Source: Candidatus Gastranaerophilales bacterium (GTDB taxonomy: Bacteria > Cyanobacteriota > Vampirovibrionia > Gastranaerophilales > UBA9971). From it: a stretch of 41,351 nucleotides of DNA. The stretch is from NCBI GenBank assembly GCA_028278605.1, contig JANQEB010000012.1:1-41351 (forward strand), in the 5' to 3' direction. How positions within the stretch are numbered: position 1 is the stretch's first letter; each line of letters begins with the position of its first letter. Positions 32,977 through 41,351 of the stretch are shown here, one piece after another. Position numbers and translations under genes: made by a program. Under the pieces are notes generated by a model. That model was not told the DNA's origin. It did no database searches and saw nothing but the letters and a program-made list of their open reading frames with translations.

Positions 32977-34701
32977 ATGAAGTTGCAAACAGGCGATACA
33001 GAATTTAGCTTAATAGAAGAACAAGAGCAAGCAAATTTAGAATCAGAATTAATGATCAAGCGTGCACGTGATGCATTTAAAAGGTTTAGAAACTGTGATT
33101 TTAGAGTCAATCAATATGAAACAGTAGAATTTGTAAACGAGTCTAAAAAACCTATCACTATAATTCAAGCACCTACTGGCTTTGGCAAGTCATTGGTAGG
33201 TGTAGTATCCGGTGCTTTATTTGGTCAATTCACATACCTGGTATCATCCAAACAGCTCCAAGATCAATTGGAAAAAGATTTCCCTGAAGTCGAGATCATG
33301 AAAGGTCGCAACAACTATGCATGTACCTTAATGCCTGGTAAAATGGCTGATGCTTGTACACATTCAAAAAAGATGCCATGCCCGTTTAGAAAGAAAATGT
33401 GTCCGTATGATAGAAAAAAGAAAAAGGTATTAAAAGCTAAATACCGTGTACTCAATTATCATTATTTTTTAACTGAAGCAAATTACATAGGTGGTTTTAG
33501 CGGAAATCAAATTCTAATCTGTGATGAAGCTGATTTACTCGAGTCTATTTTAACAGACTTTGTAAACCTTCAGATATCAGGAAAACTTATGCGTGAATTT
33601 AAAATAGAACCACCTAAATTTAAAACTGCTGAAGCTAAAGAAGGCGTTAAAAACTGGAAGCATTGGGCTGAAGTTCAAGTGGCACCAAAACTAGTAGATA
33701 GAATGGCAGAACTTGAACAGCACATTGACCCGTGGAATGATGAAAATACAAACAGTAAAGCTACTAAAGAACAAAACCGGCTTAAGGGCATACTGACAAA
33801 AATAAAAATGTTTATTGAAAACGTTGATGAAACATGGATAATGGAAGAAAGTTTTTATACAAACAAAGGTGCAAATACAAAAGGCTTTAAACAATTACCT
33901 GCCTTAATTTTCAAACCTATTTGGTTAACACCACAGCTGTCAGAGATGTATTTTTTTAAACATACATTAAAAACAGTTTTGATGTCAGCCACCTTTCCAC
34001 CTATACGTGTTATGACAAAATTGCTAGGTCGTGAATTTTCAGCTTTTGATTATCCTGAATTTGACAATGATAAATTTGGTATACCTACTTCATTCCCGAT
34101 AGAAAACAGACCTATCATATTAAGACCAGTAGCAGACATGTCATTTAAGACTTTCAACAAAGAGCTACCTATATTGATAGATGAAATAATCCAAATTCTT
34201 GAAGAGCATAAAGGACAAAGAGGTATTATTCATTCGGTCTCATATAAACTTAATCGACACATAATGAATATCGGTCAGCAGCGGTTAATGACTCATGACT
34301 CCACAAACAGAAACCAGGTGATAGAAAATTTTAAAAATGCATTCCGTGAAGATACAGTACTGGTCAGCCCATCTATTCAGCGTGGTGTAGATTTGCCAGG
34401 CAAAGAGTGTGAGTTTGTTATACATGCCAAAGTGCCATACAAATCATTGGCAGACAAGCTTACAAGGCGCAGAGTCTATAGTTCTAAGGTGGGCAATTTA
34501 TGGTATACTTCACTTACAACTCAAGAGATTGTGCAAGGCTGCGGACGTGGTAACAGAAAGAAAAGTGATTACTGTGTTAACTATCTATTAGACAAACAAT
34601 TCTTAAGAATGCTTGGACTGGGCAAGAAGAAATATAAATCACCTGTTAATATGAAAAAGCTTTATCCGAATTACTGGTATGAAGCACTTGAGAGGTATTA
34701 G
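32977..34701 (+). CDS. DinG/XPD (Rad3)-family Fe-S DNA helicase
   Basis: Walker A 'APTGFGKS', 'CDEAD' box, four-Cys cluster region 'CTLMPGKMADACTHSKKMPCPFRKKMCPY', motif VI 'QGCGRGNR'. Confidence 0.7.
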   Translation: MKLQTGDTEFSLIEEQEQANLESELMIKRARDAFKRFRNCDFRVNQYETVEFVNESKKPITIIQAPTGFGKSLVGVVSGALFGQFTYLVSSKQLQDQLEKDFPEVEIMKGRNNYACTLMPGKMADACTHSKKMPCPFRKKMCPYDRKKKKVLKAKYRVLNYHYFLTEANYIGGFSGNQILICDEADLLESILTDFVNLQISGKLMREFKIEPPKFKTAEAKEGVKNWKHWAEVQVAPKLVDRMAELEQHIDPWNDENTNSKATKEQNRLKGILTKIKMFIENVDETWIMEESFYTNKGANTKGFKQLPALIFKPIWLTPQLSEMYFFKHTLKTVLMSATFPPIRVMTKLLGREFSAFDYPEFDNDKFGIPTSFPIENRPIILRPVADMSFKTFNKELPILIDEIIQILEEHKGQRGIIHSVSYKLNRHIMNIGQQRLMTHDSTNRNQVIENFKNAFREDTVLVSPSIQRGVDLPGKECEFVIHAKVPYKSLADKLTRRRVYSSKVGNLWYTSLTTQEIVQGCGRGNRKKSDYCVNYLLDKQFLRMLGLGKKKYKSPVNMKKLYPNYWYEALERY

Positions 34702-34703
34702 AA

Positions 34704-34904
34704 ATGACAATATGTTTTAGATGCAAAAAAGAAATGAAGTCAGCTTATGTTTCAATGGTTACTGAATATTGTGATGATGGTGAAACAAATATTTTTGTAG
34801 GTGAAAATGGTTATGTTCAGTTGATGGTTGAATGTACAAACTGTATCTATAAACATTTTGTATACATACCGATTGAAAAGATTATTAATAAGATAGGAAA
34901 ATAA
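34704..34904 (+). CDS. Hypothetical small zinc-ribbon-like protein
   Basis: 'CFRC' ... 'CTNC'. Confidence 0.45.
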   Translation: MTICFRCKKEMKSAYVSMVTEYCDDGETNIFVGENGYVQLMVECTNCIYKHFVYIPIEKIINKIGK

Positions 34905-34907
34905 AAA

Positions 34908-35150
34908 ATGAAAATTGAACCAGAAAAAATCATAACATGTAACAGCAATCGACTTAAAAACGGTATAGCACTTTTTATATCAGAGCATAGATATATATTC
35001 TTTTCTCATGAATGCATAGCAGATGGAATGTTATTGAATTTGATAAAAAGAAACATCAAGATGAATGCTATATCAAACCATCAAAAAAGGCTACTAATAA
35101 AACTAGGACAGCAACTTGTATTATTAAATGAAACCGGTGAAGAGGTTTAA
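34908..35150 (+). CDS. Hypothetical protein
   Basis: 80-aa ORF, tightly packed. Confidence 0.45.
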   Translation: MKIEPEKIITCNSNRLKNGIALFISEHRYIFFSHECIADGMLLNLIKRNIKMNAISNHQKRLLIKLGQQLVLLNETGEEV

Positions 35151-35154
35151 CATT

Positions 35155-35532
35155 ATGCAAAGAGCAAGAGTTATATTAATACTGACAATGATAGGGTTGT
35201 TATGGTTAATAGGCTTTATGTTTATCATGTCTAGTTCTTCATCAGTTCAAAAAGATAAAGCTGAACGGATTAAAAAAGAACATGCCTTAAACATAGAGAC
35301 AGACAGCGACAAACGAATAGTTATAGTACCAAGAATCGAATCCTATCAATCTGTATCCCTTCAATTGGATAACCCTGCATTATGGATAACCTGTGATGAT
35401 ATAATGATAGTAATCAAGTCAAGCGAAGTGGAACACCTAACCGAACAAGAAGCAAAATTACATTTAAGATTCTTGATACAAACTATCAGTAAGTGTTTTG
35501 AAGATATTATAATGATTGCAAAAGTCAAGTAG
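35155..35532 (+). CDS. Membrane-anchored hypothetical protein
   Basis: 'MQRARVILILTMIGLLWLIGFMFIM' signal anchor. The track start is 35128. Confidence 0.45.
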   Translation: MQRARVILILTMIGLLWLIGFMFIMSSSSSVQKDKAERIKKEHALNIETDSDKRIVIVPRIESYQSVSLQLDNPALWITCDDIMIVIKSSEVEHLTEQEAKLHLRFLIQTISKCFEDIIMIAKVK

Positions 35533-35557
35533 ACATCTATTATCAGGAGATAAAAAA

Positions 35558-36025
35558 ATGAAAGAATTACCACCAGGGCAAGAAAAAAGATTTCCAGGTA
35601 AATTTAAGGTATTTAAGGTGTGGTGCAAGACTGAAAAACAATGGGAAAAGCACGAATGTCTGTTAACGAACAAAGGTATTCTATATCAAATGGTAGGGAA
35701 AAACCTTATAAAATGCAATCCTGATACACACCTTATCTTTTTTTTCACAGGACTATACGACAAAAAAGGAATGCCAATCTTTGAAGGTGACTTTATAAAG
35801 CATCCACAATATAATAGACCATATTCAATTTCAAGAAAATCTTGTGATGTTATAAGTCTTGTAACCTGGTTTGATGGTGGCAGTGCTCCCCATTATCAGC
35901 AACCATGTTTTCAAGGTTATGAGATAAAAAACGAAAAAGGGTATGGCTATGGTGATTGGTCAGAGTTTTTCAGGTGTGAGGTAATAGGTAATATATGTGA
36001 AAACCTTGAGTTGTTAGAAATATAA
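35558..36025 (+). CDS. YopX family protein
   Basis: 'GLYDKKGMPIFEGDFIKH' and C-terminal 'EVIGNICENLELLE'. ATG 35558 follows 'caggag'. Confidence 0.7.
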   Translation: MKELPPGQEKRFPGKFKVFKVWCKTEKQWEKHECLLTNKGILYQMVGKNLIKCNPDTHLIFFFTGLYDKKGMPIFEGDFIKHPQYNRPYSISRKSCDVISLVTWFDGGSAPHYQQPCFQGYEIKNEKGYGYGDWSEFFRCEVIGNICENLELLEI

Positions 36026-36067
36026 ACAATTATTAAAAAGAGATTAAAAAGAGGAGAATTAAAGATT

Positions 36068-36370
36068 ATGCTTATTACAAACAAGAAAAACTGGAAAGAC
36101 ATCAAGATCAAATACCATTATACTGAAGCTGGACAGCAGATAGAAGGTGAAATATCTCTTGACCTGCTTTATGTATTATTCGCAAGAGAATATACAGATG
36201 AAATGTTGACACCTGCCAGGGAAGGCTTAAAGGATTTGATAGACCTATTGAAACAAATGGTTGATAATAATTCAAATGCCATAAAAGAATTGATCGCTTT
36301 GTCAAAATTAAAAAGTTGGCAGAACATAGAAGGCACAAATCAAGATATTGATTTAAGCGAAGGGAATTAA
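36068..36370 (+). CDS. Hypothetical protein
   Basis: RBS 'agaggag'. Confidence 0.5.
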   Translation: MLITNKKNWKDIKIKYHYTEAGQQIEGEISLDLLYVLFAREYTDEMLTPAREGLKDLIDLLKQMVDNNSNAIKELIALSKLKSWQNIEGTNQDIDLSEGN

Positions 36371-36374
36371 TCAA

Positions 36375-36677
36375 ATGAAAATCAAACATTTTCCAGAATC
36401 AAATATTACATTTGCCAGAGATCAACCGGAATACCAGCCATTACCAGCATTTTATGTAGGTGACAACCAGGGCATCGTTATTTCATGCTGGTCATTATCA
36501 ATCAAGGAACGCATCAAGGTGTTATTTACCGGCTGTATATGGCTGCATGTGCTGACTTTTAATAATCCATTACAACCACAGTTAATGCAAACCGATTATC
36601 CATTTATAAGAAAGTCGATAAAGGACAAAATATTAGAAGCACTTACGAAGAAACGGTACTTCTTTAAAGACGATTAA
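36375..36677 (+). CDS. Conserved hypothetical phage protein
   Basis: 100-aa ORF, 'FPESNITFARDQPEYQPLPA'. Confidence 0.45.
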   Translation: MKIKHFPESNITFARDQPEYQPLPAFYVGDNQGIVISCWSLSIKERIKVLFTGCIWLHVLTFNNPLQPQLMQTDYPFIRKSIKDKILEALTKKRYFFKDD

Positions 36678-36691
36678 AACTTGACTAAATC

Positions 36692-36721
36692 TTGACTAAA
36701 AATTAATTGTGTGTACATAAT
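36692..36721 (+). promoter_or_regulatory. Sigma70-like promoter (TTGACT, 18-nt spacer, CATAAT) with the same AATTAATTGTGTG box as the promoter at 19132
   Basis: 'ttgact' is duplicated at 36681 and 36692. 'aattaattgtgtgtaca' at 36701-36717 compares with 'aattaattgtgtgcaca' at 19141-19157. Confidence 0.55.
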
Positions 36722-36761
36722 AAAAATAGCGCAACAAATTATGAGTTGGGAAGGTTGATAA

Positions 36762-36932
36762 ATGAAATCATATTATCAATTGTTTAGAAGTTATCATTTT
36801 TTTAGATATTATATAGGATTTAGTGTCTATGAAGCATATTATCATGCTGTTCACTTGCAAAGACTACATAATGATGTAACTATTTTTATGCGTAAACAAA
36901 ACCAGGCAATGTGTGTGAATGAAAAAAACTGA
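36762..36932 (+). CDS. Small hypothetical protein (56 aa, not in the track)
   Basis: ATG 36762 follows 'ggaagg'. Manually translated. Confidence 0.35.
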   Translation: MKSYYQLFRSYHFFRYYIGFSVYEAYYHAVHLQRLHNDVTIFMRKQNQAMCVNEKN

Positions 36933-37149
36933 AGTCATAGCCGATTTAGTTGACATGCGAAAACGTCTAAAAGAAAAAGTACCACAGGATATAAAAGGAC
37001 GTGCAGCATTGTTAACCAGTTTTAAAAAGTCAATTAACCAGTTATCAAGATATAAGGTTACAAAGAGTGTGGGCTTATTAATATATAAAGAGCGCATAGA
37101 TGATTTTAACAAGTTTTTAGAATCTATTAACATGAAAGGTATGGTATAA
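36919..37149 (+). CDS. Hypothetical protein
   Basis: 76-aa ORF overlapping the previous stop. Confidence 0.45.
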   Translation: MKKTEVIADLVDMRKRLKEKVPQDIKGRAALLTSFKKSINQLSRYKVTKSVGLLIYKERIDDFNKFLESINMKGMV

Positions 37150-37319
37150 TGGTTAGAGATAAATATAAAATGATTGAAGGCAATAAAAAAACAATTGAAA
37201 AAGAACTTAATGACATTAATAATACGTTTCCTGGGGTTGAAGTTGTATCAATGGTTATTGCTGACTGTAAAGAAAACTTGTATTATGGAATACTCTTAAA
37301 AATATCTACAAAAGTATAA
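37149..37319 (+). CDS. Small hypothetical protein (56 aa, not in the track)
   Basis: ATG overlaps the upstream stop ('taATGg'). Manually translated to TAA 37317-37319. Confidence 0.35.
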   Translation: MVRDKYKMIEGNKKTIEKELNDINNTFPGVEVVSMVIADCKENLYYGILLKISTKV

Positions 37320-37345
37320 CCTTAATTTAAAGGCAACTACTTAAA

Positions 37346-37864
37346 ATGAGATACAAAATACCAGGTTTAATTATATTCGATTTAAAAAACGAAGGTGGCA
37401 CAGTTATTTATGATGTTGGACAAAAGACAAAGTACACAGATGACTTTCCCTTACTGGTTCAAGGCTATGCACGTGATGGATTAAACAACGAGCAAATAGC
37501 TGAAAAACTTGGAATAGGTGAAACATCTTTTTATAAATATTTAAATCTATATCCGAAAATGGCAAAGGCATTACGTGAAGGGCGTACACCTGTTGACGTA
37601 AAAGTTGAGAATGCCATGCTACAAATAGCACTTGGCTATGACTACAGAGAAGAAAAGCAAGAAGGTATATTTGACAAAGATGGTAATATGCTTGATATCA
37701 CAAAGCGTACAATCACTGAAAAGCATATCCCACCTAATTTTAATGCTGGCAAGTTCTGGCTGACCAATCGTAAACCTGGTAAGTGGACAAAAGATTTTGT
37801 TAATCCATTAGAGTCCGGTGATGTTGAAATAGAAGTATGTGATGTTGATGATATGGAAGATTAG
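37346..37864 (+). CDS. terS: Terminase small subunit
   Basis: HTH 'NNEQIAEKLGIGETSFYKYL' and 'FWLTNRKPGKW'. Lies upstream of the large terminase. Confidence 0.65.
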   Translation: MRYKIPGLIIFDLKNEGGTVIYDVGQKTKYTDDFPLLVQGYARDGLNNEQIAEKLGIGETSFYKYLNLYPKMAKALREGRTPVDVKVENAMLQIALGYDYREEKQEGIFDKDGNMLDITKRTITEKHIPPNFNAGKFWLTNRKPGKWTKDFVNPLESGDVEIEVCDVDDMED

Positions 37865-37897
37865 TTTGCAATAAAAACAGGAGAAAATGAATATATA

Positions 37898-38128
37898 ATG
37901 TATGACTGTGTACAATATTTTAACTTCATGAAGCGTGGTATTTATGGGACACAGTTTGTAGTAGAGCAGTATGAGTTCTCAAAATACTATTCTGCTGGTG
38001 CTTATTATGTTAGAAGAGGTGCAAAGTTTATTAAGTGTTTCAATTGCAGCACGGTATTTGTTGTTGTTAAGGCAGACCATGTTTGTCCATTCTGTCATAG
38101 CAATAATGAACTGAAGACTTTTATATAG
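37898..38128 (+). CDS. Hypothetical zinc-ribbon protein
   Basis: 'CFNC' ... 'CPFC'. Confidence 0.45.
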   Translation: MYDCVQYFNFMKRGIYGTQFVVEQYEFSKYYSAGAYYVRRGAKFIKCFNCSTVFVVVKADHVCPFCHSNNELKTFI

Positions 38129-38138
38129 TACGATATAA
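38121..38138. promoter_or_regulatory. 18-bp motif, AGTACG class (TTATATAGTACGATATAA)
   Basis: Exact. Overlaps the stop at 38126-38128, upstream of terL. Confidence 0.8.
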
Positions 38139-38220
38139 AAGCACAAAACAACCACAAACAAGACAACCACAAGGGCACGGACTACATGACAATGACAGTA
38201 ACATGTAGACAGGTATTACA

Positions 38221-39531
38221 GTGCCCAAACTTAAAGTAAACTTTAGACGCTCCATATTTAATCAACTCTATTATCCATTTAGAAATCTAACTACACGTAT
38301 ACAAATATTCTTCGGTGGCAGCTCTTCAGGCAAATCAAAATTCTTAGCACAGCGTGATATATATGATCTATTAAAAGGCGGTCGCAACTTTTTAATCTTA
38401 CGTAATGTAGCCGATACACTTAGATCATCAGTATATAATGAGATGCGACAAGTGATAGACCAATATAACCTTGATCGCTTTTTTGTCTGTACAGTGTCAC
38501 CAATGCAGATTACCTGTGTCAATGGCTATTGCGCTATATTTAAAGGTATGGATGAAATAGAAAAGGTTAAGTCTATCATACCACCAAAAGGCGTTATTAC
38601 AGATGTACGCATTGAAGAAGCCACAGAAGTTAAAGATGAAAACAGCATCAAGCAATTAAAGAAGCGTTTAAGAGGTATAGCCAAATATAAGGACAAGAAA
38701 ACCGGTAAAGTAATAGAAATCAAGAAACGTCTTACCATGTCATTCAATCCAATATACAAGACGCACTGGATATATAAAACATACTTCAAAGGCAAATGGA
38801 CAGATGAAGATACGCAATACCATGATGACGAATTATTCATATTACATTCAACATATAAAGACAATCGTTTCTTAGCACCTGATGACATTAAAGAGTTAGA
38901 AGATGAAACAGATCAATACTTTTATGATGTTTATACTCTGGGCAAGTGGGGCATACTTGGAGATCGCATTTTTAATAACTTCTTTTCAGCCGATTTGTCA
39001 GACAAGATACCATATTTCAATTATATCCGTAATGGTCTTGACTTTGGCTTTAGTAATCATCCTACTGCGTATAATCGTACACACTATGACAGCAAGAAGC
39101 GTATATTGTATATCTTTAAAGAGTTTCAAGGATTAGGACTAACAAACTATATGATAGCTGAACGATTGAAACCAATAATAGGTTATGGTCATCGTGGTGA
39201 AATAGTTGTATGTGACAGTGCTGAACCTAAATCAATAGAAGAGCTTATACAGTATGGCATTAATGCAATAGGAGCTATGAAGGGTAAAGATTCTGTTAAC
39301 TTTGGCATTCAGTGGCTTCAAGGATTGACTGCTATAATAATAGATAAGTCTTGCCAGAATACATTAAACGAGTTTGAATTATATCACTGGAAAAAGAACA
39401 AGCAGGGTGAAGTATTAAACATTCCTGTTGACAAAGACAATCATCACATTGATAATATCAGGTATCAGTATGAAGATGAAGCACTAAACTTACAGGAACC
39501 AGAAGTGTATGTTGTTGGTACTTATAACTAG
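38221..39531 (+). CDS. terL: Terminase large subunit (PBSX / Terminase_3-like)
   Basis: Walker A 'FFGGSSSGKSKF', Walker B-like 'ITDVRIEEA', C-terminal nuclease region ending with 'DNHHIDNIRY'. Confidence 0.85.
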   Translation: MPKLKVNFRRSIFNQLYYPFRNLTTRIQIFFGGSSSGKSKFLAQRDIYDLLKGGRNFLILRNVADTLRSSVYNEMRQVIDQYNLDRFFVCTVSPMQITCVNGYCAIFKGMDEIEKVKSIIPPKGVITDVRIEEATEVKDENSIKQLKKRLRGIAKYKDKKTGKVIEIKKRLTMSFNPIYKTHWIYKTYFKGKWTDEDTQYHDDELFILHSTYKDNRFLAPDDIKELEDETDQYFYDVYTLGKWGILGDRIFNNFFSADLSDKIPYFNYIRNGLDFGFSNHPTAYNRTHYDSKKRILYIFKEFQGLGLTNYMIAERLKPIIGYGHRGEIVVCDSAEPKSIEELIQYGINAIGAMKGKDSVNFGIQWLQGLTAIIIDKSCQNTLNEFELYHWKKNKQGEVLNIPVDKDNHHIDNIRYQYEDEALNLQEPEVYVVGTYN

Positions 39532-39589
39532 TCAGGGAGTTTTAAAAATAATAACCTTGAATATCAATTACAACTATGAGGTATAAATC

Positions 39590-41125
39590 ATGTTTGAAAA
39601 ATGGAAAGCCAAACGCTTAAGAAATAAGATAGAAGTTAAACGTCTTGAAAGCATGCTTGAAGTATTAGAGTCGACAAGCAATAGAGTACGAGACGATGAC
39701 ACAGCCGACAATTGGAGAATACTACAAGGCGGTAAAGCTTATTACACTGAACCTGAAATGAAAGAGATGCAGGGCGCAGCATCAAAGCATTATTACACAA
39801 ACCCTATAGCTTATGGTGTTATTGAGACCATGATTAACTTTATCATAGGTGAATCAATGACCATAACGCCTTGTGATGAAGCACAAGAAGTTAAAGACTA
39901 CTGGCAGGAATTCTATGAGCTTAACAACTTAGATATGCGAATTAAAGAGCTGGTAAGACGTGCATTCAGAGATGGTGAAAGCTTTTTACGCTTCTTTGAA
40001 AATTTTGATAATAAACCACCTTTTATCCGGTTTGTCAATCCTACTGAAATAGTAGATTGGACCGGTATGAATACTTATGGCATACAGACTGACCCTGATG
40101 ACATTGAAAAAGTAATAAAATATTATCGTGAATGGCAGTTATATACAAGCCTTAATAAAACCGAAATACAAAGAGAAACCATTGAAGCAGATGATATCAT
40201 CCATACAAAGATCAAGGTAGACTCAGATGTTAAACGTGGTGTGTCTTTCTTTGTTGGTATAGCTCCATATCTTACTAAGTATCAACGTTGGCTTGATGAC
40301 CGTATAGAGCTTAACCGTTTACGTACTATATTTAATGTAGTAGCCAATATCAAAGCACCTACAGGCGCAGCCAATGTCAAAGCTATGTTTCCAGATATAA
40401 GCCCTACAGATGATACAGGGGTTAATGATAGATTACGTAAAGAAGCACCAAAGTCAGGAAGTGTACTGTTTGCCAAAGGCGTTGAATGGGATTTAAAAAA
40501 CCTTAATATTCAAGCACAGGATGCCAAAGCCGATGGACGTGCAATATTATTAATGGTAACAGCTGGTACTAACCTTGCTGAATATGTAGTAACTGGTGAC
40601 ACGTCAAATGCTAATTATGCTTCAACGATGGTTAGTGAATCACCAATGGTAAAGACCTTTGAGTCATGGCAAGATTTCTTTGGTAAAACAATACAGCAGA
40701 TATACAGTAAAGTTATTGAAGGTGGTATTAAAAATGGTGCTATCAAAGAACGATCGACTAAGACAATAAAAGAATATGACCCTGAGACCAAAACCGAAAC
40801 AGAGAGAACCGAACCATGCGATACAGATTTAACCTGTCAAGTTGACTTTCCAGTCCTTATACATCGTGATATAAAAAGTGAAACAGAATCCTTAGTATTG
40901 CAGGTCAATGAAGGATGGGCAAGTAACCGCACAGCTTCATCTAAGTTAGGATATGATTATGATGAAGAGCAAAGGCAGTTAGAAAAGGAATCTGCTGAAG
41001 GTGAAAGCCAGGTCAATCAGGAAGGTGACGAAACACTAAAGCAAGAATTCATTGCACGTCAGACCGCTAATGGTGATATGAGCGAGGAAGAAGCTGCAAT
41101 GCTGTTTGATAGTGGTCAGCGATAA
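39590..41125 (+). CDS. Portal protein (SPP1 gp6-like)
   Basis: 511 aa, immediately after the large terminase and before the gp7-like gene, acidic C-terminus. Confidence 0.75.
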   Translation: MFEKWKAKRLRNKIEVKRLESMLEVLESTSNRVRDDDTADNWRILQGGKAYYTEPEMKEMQGAASKHYYTNPIAYGVIETMINFIIGESMTITPCDEAQEVKDYWQEFYELNNLDMRIKELVRRAFRDGESFLRFFENFDNKPPFIRFVNPTEIVDWTGMNTYGIQTDPDDIEKVIKYYREWQLYTSLNKTEIQRETIEADDIIHTKIKVDSDVKRGVSFFVGIAPYLTKYQRWLDDRIELNRLRTIFNVVANIKAPTGAANVKAMFPDISPTDDTGVNDRLRKEAPKSGSVLFAKGVEWDLKNLNIQAQDAKADGRAILLMVTAGTNLAEYVVTGDTSNANYASTMVSESPMVKTFESWQDFFGKTIQQIYSKVIEGGIKNGAIKERSTKTIKEYDPETKTETERTEPCDTDLTCQVDFPVLIHRDIKSETESLVLQVNEGWASNRTASSKLGYDYDEEQRQLEKESAEGESQVNQEGDETLKQEFIARQTANGDMSEEEAAMLFDSGQR

Positions 41126-41148
41126 GTGATCAGTGATAATTAATAATC

Positions 41149-41166
41149 TTATATCGTACTATTTAA
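41149..41166. promoter_or_regulatory. 18-bp motif, CGTACT class (TTATATCGTACTATTTAA)
   Basis: 17 of 18 match. First of a tandem pair 36 bp apart. Confidence 0.75.
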
Positions 41167-41184
41167 AACTATTTAAAATATTTC

Positions 41185-41202
41185 TTATATCGTACTGTAT
41201 AA
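41185..41202. promoter_or_regulatory. 18-bp motif, CGTACT class (TTATATCGTACTGTATAA)
   Basis: 17 of 18 match. Ends 10 nt before ATG 41213. Confidence 0.75.
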
Positions 41203-41212
41203 AGGTAAAACC

Positions 41213-41351
41213 ATGGCTACACCAAAGCAAAGATCATTAAATATTCAACGTGCTACAAAGAAAGCCAGGAAAAACTTTGATAAGTGGACTGAACAACAGT
41301 TAACCGATATCTACCTTATCTTTGATCAATCAGCAGATGAAATAGCAAAGC
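41213..41351 (+). CDS. Minor head / head morphogenesis protein (SPP1 gp7 / Mu F-like), 5' part; continues at base 3 of the window
   Basis: ATG at 41213 preceded by 'aaaggt'. The frame maps through the 99-bp overlap onto the frame of 210..1022 with no stop. The full gene would be 1062 nt on the circular map. Confidence 0.7.
   Translation, partial: MATPKQRSLNIQRATKKARKNFDKWTEQQLTDIYLIFDQSADEIAK
41253..41351. repeat. Terminal direct repeat, copy 2 (identical to 1..99)
   Basis: Exact 99-bp identity with the window start. Confidence 0.95.

Noticed and set aside
39428-39456. Consensus-looking promoter TTGACA-17-GATAAT inside the 3' end of terL, upstream of portal
   Set aside because: It lies within a coding sequence of an AT-rich genome where such matches can arise by chance. 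It has no operator or UP-like context. It is worth a look only if 5'-end mapping is done.
410-40476. All minus-strand ORFs in the track (for example 410..673, 1996..2355, 12722..13165, 13940..14554, 24250..24633, 25414..25869, 38526..38888)
   Set aside because: Each lies antisense within a longer, well-supported plus-strand gene. Each has Ser/Leu/Phe-rich low-complexity composition typical of antisense frames and lacks an RBS. 20441..20674 only looks protein-like because it contains the tape-measure-derived segment.

Overview
This window is a complete, AT-rich tailed-phage (siphovirus-like) genome assembled as a circle. Bases 1-99 are identical to 41253-41351, giving a unit length of 41252 bp, and the minor head protein gene reads through that junction. 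All credible genes are on the + strand. The order is: small terminase, large terminase, portal, gp7/MuF-like minor head protein, protease/scaffold, major capsid, an accessory island, head-tail connectors, a second accessory island, major tail protein, G/GT chaperone with a -1 frameshift, tape measure, distal tail, Tal, receptor-binding protein and a DUF5675-like putative lysin. The first accessory island holds three signal-peptide proteins, a phospholipase-A2-like protein, a frameshifted lipoprotein gene and a membrane/coiled-coil protein. The second holds a methyltransferase and glycosyltransferases. After the late genes comes an early replication/recombination module: RHH regulator, Cas4-like nuclease, Sak4-like ATPase, PolB-type exonuclease, SMC-like ATPase, putative SSB, ERCC4 nuclease, SprT-like protease, HNH endonuclease, DinG/XPD-like helicase and YopX. 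I found no integrase, CI-type repressor, DNA polymerase, primase, tRNA or CRISPR array. The main non-standard signals are: (1) a 57-bp perfect inverted copy of a tape-measure segment inside a small early ORF; (2) an 18-bp quasi-palindrome TTATATMGTACKATATAA present about 10 times at module boundaries; (3) an array of TTGATAnn units with an exact 8-bp period; (4) a 26-bp tandem duplication that frameshifts a lipoprotein gene; (5) a promoter, three-hairpin leader and terminator ahead of the head genes; and (6) two sigma70-like promoters sharing an operator-like AATTAATTGTGTG box. All protein family calls are by-eye motif recognition and need HMM or BLAST confirmation.
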